Below, one piece after another: positions 36,257 through 53,310 of a stretch of DNA of 64,000 nt (position 1 is the stretch's first letter; the number at the start of each line of letters is the position of its first letter). The DNA is from the human T2T-CHM13v2.0 reference genome, Homo sapiens: assembly GCF_009914755.1 (NCBI RefSeq), contig NC_060946.1; one strand, written 5' to 3'. The translations under genes were made by a program, and so were the position numbers. The notes beneath the pieces were generated by a model that was not told the DNA's origin, searched no databases, and saw only the letters and a list, made by a program, of their open reading frames with translations.

Positions 36257-37040
36257 GTAAGATGCATTTCATTTTACTTTGTCTTTCATCAGCTCTGGTT
36301 GCACAAGAGAGCCCTAGTCTCAGGAGACTGCTTTCAGAAGCTGCAATCTGCCCTGCTTGTGGGCTCATTTGCTTACTTACCCCCACAGCCTTCTTTACAT
36401 ACCTGTCCACTGACAGACACTTGATGAAATCGGGATGGTCCTAATTCTGCCACAGAGGGCCTTTTTGGATCTCAGTTACTCATTTATAAATTGGATTGGA
36501 TTGATAGTATGTTAGTTAGGTCCTTTTTATTTTTGAGATTCTGCTTCTATTAAAACAGTGCCTCCTATCATATCAACAGTCCCCCAGCCCTTAAAGGTTA
36601 TGAAAATATTAGGAAGGGGAAAACTTTTTTGGTGTCAACAAAGAGCTTTTGTGAGGAGAGAAAAGTCTATTTTCCTAGCTTTAGCACCTACTTGGTGAGA
36701 CAGAGCTGGGCCTGGCATTCACAAGTGGCTGTGAATAATCACAGCCTGCTGAAAGTCTCCCTGGTCGTCAGCAGTAGAGTACCACACTCGTAGGTGGCCT
36801 GGGAATGTGGGGGAGGACAGAAGTTCCAGACTGCTAAAGCTTCAGAATCTGGATGGGAGAAAGAAGGTGGGAACAGGGCTGCACATTCTGTCCCCAGCGG
36901 GACCTGGTAGTACATATTGACTATGAGTTTATGAAGAACACATAACACATTAAGTTTTGGAGCTATGAACAGTAAGAGTAGTAAATAAAATCATTCAGTG
37001 CTGCCATCTCCTCAGCCCTGAAGTCCTAGATTCATGTTTA

Positions 37041-37774
<734 letters not shown>

Positions 37775-38024
37775 TAACCCGTGAAAGGGCCTGAGAAACC
37801 CAAAACGGGATTTTTTTTATATTGAAAGAAATAGGTGAATGCAAAAAATCAATGAAAGTACACAAAAAGCATTAAGCAAATTTAGATAATGAGCAAAACC
37901 TATCCTTTAGCATGTGGTAAGTCACCAGAAAATGATCAGCTTATCTCCTGATTCTGATGCCTGGGATACACAGTTGTTGGGAAAATGCTATAAAAATGAG
38001 AAATTGGCCGGGCGCGGTGGCTCA

Positions 38025-38347
<323 letters not shown>

Positions 38348-38492
38348 CTACTGGGAAGGTGGGGATTTAAAGTTTGCTGTACTTACACCAGCAGCCTAAA
38401 TTGAGGCTGGGCATGTCAGACTTGACAGCCCCAGACTTGCAGTTTCCCTCCCCCTGTGTTGCTAGGAGGCCCTAGAGAGAAACAAAGCATGA

Positions 38493-38814
<322 letters not shown>

Positions 38815-39026
38815 TGATGATATTTAAAGGCAATTTTGATTTTACCACTGGTAGGTATTTGCTGAATGGTAGGAGAAGGAATGGGAGTCAGGTTCCTTGA
38901 GATGTTCCCTGCTCATGCTGGTGTTTCCCAGTTTGAGGCCTCTGGCCTGTGTTGTTCTGGTGGCTCTGGCTGATCACTCTGGTGGGTCTTGGGCCATCCA
39001 CATGCATTTTTCTCTCCTGTTTGCAG

Positions 39027-39139
39027 TGGTTGGAGACCAGACCTAACAGACAGGTGTGTCCTGTTTGCAAAGCTGGCATCAGCCGAGACAAGGTCATCCC
39101 CCTCTATGGAAGGGGCAGCACTGGGCAACAGGACCCCAG
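39027..39139 (+). CDS. RNF185: RNF185 exon 4: [37 protein letters not shown](R)
   Basis: Acceptor TTGCAG|, donor AG|GTGAGG. Contains RING CPVC and the RNF5-family IPLYGRG motif. Confidence 0.97.
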
Positions 39140-40493
39140 GTGAGGACTCAGGATGCCTCTCCCAACCACTTCTCCCCTTGGATGTGAATTCACTCCCATT
39201 CAGCATCCCCTAACCCCACCCTTTACTTAGTACTAGATGATCTCTTGGTTTCGAAGCAGTCTCATCCAGATGAGAGTCAGCTAGGAGGGGAGGGAAGAGA
39301 GGGGATCCAAGTTGCCACTTGCTAGGACCCAGCAGTGAACAGACATCACAATCACAAGTGTGCAGAGCCCTGTGAAAGAGCATTTCTGCAACCTGGGAAG
39401 CAGGATATGTAGCAGGAGAGGCTCCAGGGAGCAGGGTTGCTGCATCAGTGATGTATAAAGCATGGCGGGAGGGGAAACAGGATCTGGGTGACTTTGTGGA
39501 GTTTGGGATTTCTAGAAATGGAGATGTGCATGGGTCCAGCATTCAACAAACACAAGTATTGAGAGCCCTTCATGGTCTGGCATCCCCAAGCTCTCCAGAA
39601 GAATCTCTTACCTTTATCCAGCTACCCTAGCATATGCTGTGTACCCGACATATTAGACTTTCTCTTAAAGGGACTTGCTCTTTCACATTTATCAGCCTGT
39701 GTATTTGCTCTCTCTTCTGCCTTCTTCCCTCCCCAGTCCTGCTCAAGCTACCCCTCTACCCCCACCTGCTCCTCTAACTTCTACTCATCTCTTATGAGCA
39801 GCCCTAAAGTTCCCTCTTCCTTGAAGTGGTCTGTCTTCTTCACATTAGTTGCTCTCACCCAGTTCCCACCACAGTGTCATATGACTGGCTTTATCCCCCT
39901 TGAAACCATGAACACTTCAAGGGTTGGGTCTGTCATCAGTATTACAGCATCCTGCATAATGCTTATTGTATAACTAAGCCCTCAATTGAGTATTCATGGG
40001 TTGAGTGATTTGAGGGGGTGAGACTCAAAAATAATAGCATTGGGTATTTGCCCAAGAATAGTAGGAGATAGAGCTGAAGTTAATAGGGGAAGGTCAGAGA
40101 AACCATGAACCTCAGCCCTTACTGCTGACAACCCACCCTCTGTTCCAGTATGGATTTGGGATTTCTGTTATCTGTAACAGGCCCAGGGAAGGCATCTGGC
40201 CATGATTCCTAACCGATCTGAGTCAGGATCTCTGTAAGAGGAGTAGGCTGTAGTGCAATCTGGTGAATATCTCATAACGAGTTGATTTTCTCCCTGGTTC
40301 TCTATACACGTGGGAAGAACAGTTGCAGGTAGAATGAAGAGTTCGTATTTGGAGAATTAATCTGGCATAAGTTCATGTCCTGGACAAGAAAGAGGCTATG
40401 GCCCTGACCCTGTTGGTAAAGAGCTCCAGGTCCTCACAGGGAGCAACTCAAAGCAATTTGTAATAGACTTATTTTACACCATTTCTGTTTCAG

Positions 40494-40548
40494 AGAGAAG
40501 ACCCCTCCTCGTCCTCAAGGACAGAGGCCAGAGCCGGAGAATAGAGGG
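40494..40548 (+). CDS. RNF185: RNF185 exon 5: EKTPPRPQGQRPEPENRG
   Basis: TTTCAG|AGAGAAG...GGG|GTGAGG. 55 nt, phase-compatible with its neighbours. Confidence 0.95.
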
Positions 40549-41493
40549 GTGAGGAACATTCTAGGAGAAGCTTCTACAAATGAGCTGATGGCTTTAGAAG
40601 TTTCCTTCTTAGCCTTACAATTTTTCTCCTTGATTATAAAAGTAAAGGAAAACTTGTAAAATACAGAAAGGAAAAGAGGGGGAAAAAAATCACTTATAAC
40701 CACACCAATCCAGAGGTAACCACTGGAAACATTTTGGTTCTATTTTCTTTTCCATTTTTCTATAATTATATATACACACAAATTTTACAAATCTGTGCGT
40801 GTATTTTACAGATGTGTGTATACTTTTTACAGTTTTTGTTTTTTGTTTTTTACAATATGTGGCTCCTGTTTTGTAACCCTCTCTTAAAATTTCATTTGTT
40901 CTACAGATACTTAGTACCTTCTTTGTGTGAGTGGGAGTCTTTTAGTATTATCTTGAGATTTTACATTGCCAGCAATATTTTACTAACTAGCTGTTTAGCA
41001 TTTAGTCGTGTGGATTTAACATAATTCAATCCTTTGTTAGACATTAGCGGCTTTCTTTTTCCAAGTTAAAAAAAATCCTGATGAACTTACAGATAAATTT
41101 GTGAGCATGTTCATTATTATTTTATTAGGATAAGACAGGGTCTCACTCTGTAGCCCAGGCTGGAGTGCAGTGGCGTGATCACAGTTCACTGTAGCCTCGA
41201 CCTCCTGGGCTCAGTCTACCTCAGCCTCCCATGTAGCTGGGACCACAGGTGCACGGCACCATGCCCAGCTAGTTTTTTGAGTTTTTTTTTGTCTTTCTTT
41301 TTTTTGTTTTGTTTTGTTTGGGTAGAAACAAGGTCTCACTATGTTGCCCAGGCTGGTCTCTAACTCCTGGGCTCAAGCAATCCTCCCACCTCAGCCTCCC
41401 AAAGTGTTAGGATTACAGGCGTGAACCACTGTGCCTGGCTTAGGATAAATTCTTAGAAGTAAGATTACTGGCTAAAAAAAAATTGCACATTTG

Positions 41494-41517
41494 TCTCTAG
41501 TGGTCTAGTGGCTAGGA
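41494..41517 (+). pseudogene. tRNA-Glu 5'-fragment retrocopy (24 nt)
   Basis: TCTCTAGTGGTCTAGTGGCTAGGA vs recalled tRNA-Glu 5' end TCCCTGGTGGTCTAGTGGCTAGGA (22/24). Followed by an A-rich tail, with a putative TSD TTGCAYATTT. Confidence 0.7.
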
Positions 41518-42015
41518 ACAAAAACATTTAAATTTTTTGCATATTTACATCAAATGTTACTCTTAAAAAAATTCTGTTAAAATGTTAAAGAAATTTTAAA
41601 AGCAAAATATTTACCCACCATTGCCAAGAGCCCAGAACAAGTATATTCTCATATCCTCATGTTCTCTTCATCTGTAGGCTGTGCATATGTATTTTTATGT
41701 AGCCATCACCATTCTGTTTGCTTTAAAATTTAATTTTGGCAGGTTTTCCATGATGCTCTGAAGTGTCCTCTTTATTATTTAGGCTGCCATTTATCCTATT
41801 GAGTTTTTTATTATTTTTTATTTTTCCATGCTATTGCTGGGAACCCATTGAGTTTTGGTTCATTGTAATTTGGGTTTTCCTCATCGAAGGACCTTTTAGT
41901 TGTTTCCCCATTTTGCTGTTTAAATAATGCTACAATAACCATCTTTGCACACTTTTTTTTTTTTTTTTTTTTTGAGATGAAGTTTCACTCTTGTTGCCCA
42001 ACTGGAGTGTAGTAG

Positions 42016-42307
<292 letters not shown>

Positions 42308-42442
42308 TTATTAGGATTTCCAGGAGTAGGATTATTGAGTCAGGGATCTTGAAAGAAATTAAGGTTCTCGGCTGGGCGTGGTGGCTCACACCTGTAATCT
42401 CAGCACTTTGGGAGGCTGAGGCGGGTGGATCACCTGAGGTCA

Positions 42443-42682
<240 letters not shown>

Positions 42683-45053
42683 TTAAGGTTCTCTTCTCCG
42701 GATTACCCTTAATAATAATACTAGCAGTGAACACTTGTTGAATGGTTACTATATGGAAATAACTATATGTTAAGAGCTTTATATGCATGATCTCATTTAA
42801 GCCTCACATCAACTCATTTAACGGAGGAGGAAACTGAGGCCCAGATAGGTAAAGTGATCTGTCCAGGGCCACACGTACAGTGCTGAAACCCAGATCTGGC
42901 TGGTATTGAAGTCTCTGCTCTTGACCACCAGGTGACACCACTTTAACATTCCTAGGTTTTGGTTTCCTACAGAGCATTAGCAACTAATGCAGGAATCAGA
43001 GGCCCCCAGAAGCCAGAGGCCCTGGCCTTGTTGACCAAAGTGCATACCTCTAGCATTTATAAGCACCTGCAGCTACTAGCGATGTTTTTTTGCATACTCT
43101 GGCCCAGGAACATAATCCCACCAAATGTATGGACTGGTGAGATCATAAAGATGTTGCTAGAAGGGAAGCAGAACGGTTAGTCCTCAGGATTGCACTGAAT
43201 GAATCTGTGGTTCCTGATGAAACAATTGCACCTTCCCAAGTAAGGCAGCCTCAGTCCCAGGAGCCATTAGATTCAACCATGAACTGAGTAGGAGGCATTT
43301 TGTATTGAGGAGATGGAAACTCTTTGTTTTCCCTCCCTTTAGGTTTGCCCTCTCATTAAGTCAGCTGTTAGGCTTTATAGGTGATGCCATCTGGCAAGAA
43401 GTTTGGAACTAGATGCCAGGCTGATCAGTGTGTGATGGAGAGCAGCTATTTTTGTGACTTGCAAAAAACTCATAAATGAAGGCCATTGAGCTCTTTGTGA
43501 AGAGCATTTGACCCAATAGTCTGTCTGCTTTTTATTATTTTTAAAATCATTTGTTCTAAACCTCTCATCAGGGGTGCAGGGGAAGAGAAAAAAATATTTG
43601 AAAGATGCGCACAGTAATTAAGAGCATGAAGGCCGGGCACAGTGGCTCTGGCCTCTAATCCCAGCACTTTGGGAGGCTGAGGTGGGAGGATCACTTGAGC
43701 CCAGGAGTTTGAGACCAGCCTGAGCAACAAAGTGAGACCCTATCTGTACAAAAAATTTAAAAATTAGCAAAGCATGGAGGGGTACACCTGTGGTCCCAGC
43801 TACTCAAGAGGCTGAGATGGGAGCATTGCTTGAGCCTGGGAGGTTGAGTCTACAGTGAGCCATGATTGCACCATTGCACTCCAGGCTTGGTGACAGAGCG
43901 AGACCCTGTCTCAAAAAAAAAGAAAAGAAAAAGAAAAGCATGTGTTTTCAGATCAAATTGACCTAGTTTTAGATCTAAACTGTACTCCTTGGTCAAGTTA
44001 TTTCACCTCTCCAAGCCTCAGTTTGGTCATCTGTGAAATGCAGATGAAGCCAATGTAAAAATTAAACATGATTTATATGTCCTAGTGCTTAACATGGTGC
44101 CTAGCACAGAGCTCACGCTTTAAAAAAGGGAGTTATTTATTCACAGTATTGTTCCTGCTGAATCTTTTCATGTGAAAGATGATGCAGTGTAGAACATGCA
44201 CATGGAAAGAAAACTGAGGGTGATATACCAAACTGCTGATAGTGGTTATTTCAGAGGTAAAGTGGAGTGGCTGCGAAGTGGGAAGGTGAATAGAAGATCT
44301 CTGACTCTGTCAATTATTTCTGTAATATGTGAGTTTCTTATAGCAAGTATATATTACTTTTATAACCAGAAAACATTATAGTGTTTTAAAATGTAAAAAT
44401 TCTATGTAACAGTATTAAAAGAAATTTTAATCCGTAACTTGTCCATATACCTACATATTGTCATGTAGTTGTGACCACAGTGTTCAAACAATTTTGTCTG
44501 ATAACTTGGTCACAAGAGTTGTTCAGTGTTACCGCTTAAGTCAGGGTAATGGTTCTTTGAATGCATGTATCAAGATTTTGATCATGACTTCCATTGTTGG
44601 CTAATTAGAGTTTCAACATTTTTGCTATTAAAGATAATGTGTAGCTTGTTTGATGTTCCCTTGGGCACAGGGGTGGCTGTCAATATTGCTCCTATAAAGC
44701 ATGTAGAAGGTGTTACTAGCTAATGTGGGACTATGGAAAATATCCTCAAGCCCTGTGAGTGCTGACTTATGTCAGCAGAGTGTTTCACACTGGGTCAGAG
44801 CCAGTCCTTTTTGGCCCATTCATAGATTCTTAGCTGGAAGCTAAGGCTAAAAGGGCAGAGGGCTTGCCAGAGTTCCTCTACTTCAGGGTATATATGGGAG
44901 GAAAAGCTGTCCCCCACCTTCGAAACATGTGGCACAAGGTAGGGAGAAGAGGCAGGTGCCACATGCAAGACAACGTGAGGTATGTTGAGTTTTGACAGGC
45001 ACAGGAGAAACCTGCCTGATTCTCCTGCCCTTAATTGCCTTTCTTCCACACAG

Positions 45054-45171
45054 GGATTTCAAGGATTTGGATTTGGAGATGGTGGCTTCCAGATGTCTTT
45101 TGGAATTGGGGCATTTCCCTTTGGGATATTTGCCACAGCATTTAATATAAATGATGGGCGGCCTCCTCCAG
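45054..45171 (+). CDS. RNF185: RNF185 exon 6: [39 protein letters not shown]
   Basis: ACACAG|GGA...CCAG|GTAAGA. Encodes the first hydrophobic segment. Confidence 0.97.
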
Positions 45172-46126
45172 GTAAGACCCTATTTCCTTGAGAAATTAGG
45201 AAGATATCTTAGTAATATTGCTTGAAAGCTCCTTGGAATTCAGCAGTATATAAGTTACAGATAATTGTCACTACATGGATAATCAGCCTTTTCAAAATAT
45301 CTTAAGCTGTTTTTAGATCACTTACAGACATGGTAACAATGCTGAGCACTTACCAACTATTAGGCATGCATATATATAGCACTTTCCATTCCAAGCTCAG
45401 GGGATCATCACAACCACCCTATGGAACAGGTGTGTGATTAGCTGCGTTTAACAGATCAGAAAATGCTCAGTAATGTTACCAAGACATACCCCATGTCTAT
45501 AAAATGGAAAACTGTAAGTGATACTCAGCTGAGGAAAAGCCTAGTTCTGCACATTTACTTCCCACTTTGACCATTTGGGGGCCTGGAAATGTGAGATGAC
45601 CCATAAGGAGTGAAGGCATCTCCATTCTCTGGCATCTCTGTCTAGCTTCCTTCAGGACACAACATGAGGCTGGTCAGAAGCAGCCTCAGCCCTGTGGGAA
45701 CCATGCCTAGGTCTACCAACTGCTGCTGCAGTTCTCCCTCCTACTGCTTGAAAGTGCCATCCGCATTCGGTATAGAGCCCTTGCTCTATAGGTGCAAGCC
45801 ACCTCTATGAGGTGGGTGCCTTGAACTCTTATCACAGTCTGACACCCAAGCCAAGATCCTTACTGTGGAGCCTGCAGAGATGCCATGATCGGTTGAGCTC
45901 TGCCTGCACTTGTTGGAGCTTCATGTGCACTGGACATAGCATATGGTACAGAAGTGACCATTGTGTGGTTCACGCCAAGAGCTTATGCCCTAAAGATGGT
46001 AACTGGGTCATCCCAGTTATTCTCATCCCCACCCTGGTCCTTGGTACACAGCAGGTGATCTATAAGTCTTTCTTGACTGCCTGCCTGCCTGCCTGTCTGT
46101 CTTCGTGAATCCATCAGAGCATCTAG

Positions 46127-46403
<277 letters not shown>

Positions 46404-47062
46404 TGATCCGCCCGCCTGGGCCTCCCAATGTGCTGGGATTACAGGCGTGAGCCACCGCGCCCGGCCCTGGGGATGCCCTTTCTTACTTTATCTGCCTTGA
46501 AGGTTTATCCTCTGTTCACATTTGTTTTTCAGAGGAAGTATACCCCAAAAGATAGGGTGTACTCTGCCCTGAAGAAAGGGCAAATTCCTGTGAAGCCAGC
46601 AAGAACCTGCCTGATAGCTTGCATCCTTCTAACCTGGTCGAAGGCTAACCTTGGATTCCCCAGCTAAGCAGAGTTCCACAGCCAGGCTAGACTCTGGATT
46701 ACTTTATCCCCCTGCCACAGTCACAGTTTTCCCTTGTCATGCTTGGTACAATTTGCCCATCCTGGACACAGATTCTTTTATCCTCCTTCCCCCAAAGTCA
46801 GGACAGGGAGCTCTAAATGGTAGCTTTTCCTAAAGCAGAGAGGAGTGGAGACTTAGGTTCTCACCCCAGTTCTGCCTCTACCTTGAAAAACAAGTCATTT
46901 TGCCTGTCTGGATCCTAGTTCTCTTCTGGAAAAGGAAGGCAATCCCTGTGGGGCCCTTGAGAGGCAGTGTGTGGAGAGGCTGCAGAGCTCTGCCACTAAT
47001 TTCTGAGCCTTTCAATCTTGAACAGGTCACCTCAAACCTATGTTTCAGCTGCTTCCTACTCA

Positions 47063-48138
<1,076 letters not shown>

Positions 48139-50568
48139 TGCTGGGCTCCTGCCTACATCCGTGGCAGGGCTCTGGACTGGTGACGTGCCACCCCAACTCC
48201 TGGTGTTTGGCTTCCTGGCTAATCTTGACTCCTGGAATCAGTGGGATCAGTAACACATCAAGGAGTCTTGTTTCTTCATCAGAGCTTTGGAACTCGAGAC
48301 CAGTTGGCGATGACCCCTGAATATCGCCACCGCTGTAAACACTCTATAACTTCAGGCCTTGGCATTGAGTCATCTCTCATGGGTGACACCATGAAATCTT
48401 GTTTCAGCCAGTTCTGCAGGTCCTGACTCTGCAGAGGGAAGAGGCAGAAAGAGAGAAACTGTCAGAGTATAATTTCACCTGAGTTTAATATTACAGAAAC
48501 AAAGGGATGCACCAAATGGTATTTCTGGAAATTTTCATGTCTTTAAATACCCCTTGGTAAGTTGCTTCTGAAGCCAGTGGGGGCTCCTCAGATAGAGAGG
48601 TTCCCCTTTCAAATCCCAGTGCCGCTCTGTTCTCTTTCCTTCCCCTCCCACTCCCCCTCTTCTTCCTCTGTAGAGATGCAAGAAATTGCTGTCCCATAAA
48701 AATCATAATTGCAGTAGCTAAAGCTGGGGTCACTTCGTGAATTCACCAGAGACTCAAAGATCTTTTATTGGCTCTGGGCTGTGCTCAGTGTCTTTGGCCT
48801 CAGAGAACAACTTGAATGACTTCCTGGTTTCCTGGCATAAATTATTCCTGGTGAGACATGTGGCTTAACTCACAGGTTTCCCATCAGCTTTCTCCCTAAA
48901 ACTATGTTCATCTGCCTCTCTCTGCCAGAGAACATACAGCCGAGAATACTGCCGAAGCTGAGACTGACTACTGTGCATTAGGAAAGACCTGGAGTCAGGA
49001 CTTTGGTGGGATTTGGAGCTCCGAGGCAGTAATAACTGAACAAGCAGCCCTGTCCCCTAGGCTGCAGAAGCTTGAATGCATCCTCTCCCAGAACCTGCCA
49101 CAGGAAACTGGGGGCTTTGTCAGGTCAGCCCAACTGCATGCAAAAGACCACCATCCTCAGAAGCCAAGTTGTCTTTTATGAAGAGGCAAGGAAAGGGGAA
49201 ACCCACATGTGACCCTGATTTTGGTATGGCTTGATAGAGTTCCCTGAAAACTCCTTGTATGTGTGCTAAAACCAGGGAAGCATGTGACTGCCAAGCAGGC
49301 AACCCCTGATGATTTGTAAAGCCAGGTGGCAGGGCCTTGGGGAGCCCCAGCACAATGATATTGTGTGGTCTTCCCTCCTGTGGAATCGAGGGGAAATTAT
49401 TCTTCCCAATACCTTGATTTGATTTTCAGTTTCATAAGCTTCTTCCTCTGAATCTTATTGAGGGACTATGGTACCAAGCAGGTAGGACTGTTCACCTGGT
49501 GGAACAGTTCTTGCTCTGCCTTCTAGGCTTCATCCCAGAAATCCAGCCTCTTTCTGGAGACCCCAAAGCTGGAGGGAGATGGGCTTTCCTCTGGGCCTCT
49601 CTCCTACTTTGCCATCCACACTGCTCCTGGCTAACCCCAGCAATAACCAACAAATGGTAGGAAGCCCCATCTATTGCTTTTTCTCAATTATGACTGCATA
49701 GTTTGTGGAAACAAAGATCTTGAGGAAGATGAGGGAAGCCCTCCCCTCTTCATAGTCCCCATCTCTTCTCCTTTGTACCTGTCAACACCAGAGTTCAGTG
49801 TTTAAACAGACAAAATATAAAGTATTGAGTAGGTGGTTCATATGCCGAATCCACTTGGTAGGAAGAAACCACCAGCTTTATAGTGTGCCTGATAGATTTT
49901 AAACATTCCTGGGCACCCACTCAAGAGTGCTCTTTTTATCACCTTCTGGAAATCCGCAAAGTTGCAGGGGCCTCTGGAGTGTCTCTTCTCTAGAGAGAAT
50001 TGGTGGGACCCCCCTCAGTGCAGTGGCCCCAACTAGTGGAGGGAGAGAGGACTTAAGTCAGATGGACTCAACAGAAATGGGTTTCCAGAAGAATAATGAA
50101 AAGTTGTGGGTAGGAAAATGAATCATTTGGACTCTTCAATGAAATGGAGTGAGCCCAGGAGAGCTCAGCCAACAGAGGCACTCTGGGAACCTGTTAGTAA
50201 AGCCAGGCTGGCCAAATGCCATTTGATTTTGAACCTCGTAGGTCCCCACTCACCCTCTGCCAGGAGCTAAGTAAGGCAGGAGAGCTGACTTGGGACTCCT
50301 GGCTCGGCCCCAACAGGGAGCCCCCTTCCCACCATCCTTCGGCAAGCTCACCACCTCATCCTTCTGCCAAGGCAGCTTTCCTTTCTTTTGTGTGTTTTCT
50401 GTGTTCTTAGCCTCCACCCTCCTCCTGCCACCCTTGTGGACTAGGACCAGGTCCTGACCCCAGTCAGAAAATGATGATATGTACAGTGGCACACCTTAAC
50501 CAGTCACTAATTTTCACTGTTGTGAAAGTGATTTGATTTAGAATTAAACAAATGGTTTTACATTACTA
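48139..50568 (+). other. RNF185: RNF185 3'UTR (~2.4 kb; end approximate)
   Basis: Alu-free sequence from the stop codon to the poly(A) signal. Confidence 0.8.
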
Positions 50569-50600
50569 TGAGCTTGGACTTCTTGTCTGTGTTGTGGAGG
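50543..50600 (+). terminator. RNF185: RNF185 polyadenylation signal and downstream element
   Basis: ATTAAA at 50543-50548, upstream TGTA (~50480), downstream GU-rich TCTTGTCTGTGTTGTGG (50581-50597). Confidence 0.8.
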
Positions 50601-50694
50601 GCGAGTGGGTGGGGAGTAGTCACACTGGTATGCCCTCCTGGAGGCTCCTGTGCATCCTCCGTAATGTCACACTGAGAACGAAAGTCTTCAAAGA

Positions 50695-53310
<2,616 letters not shown>

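Noticed and set aside
38409-38427. p53-like element GGGCATGTCAGACTTGACA
   Set aside because: Half-sites overlap and carry several mismatches.
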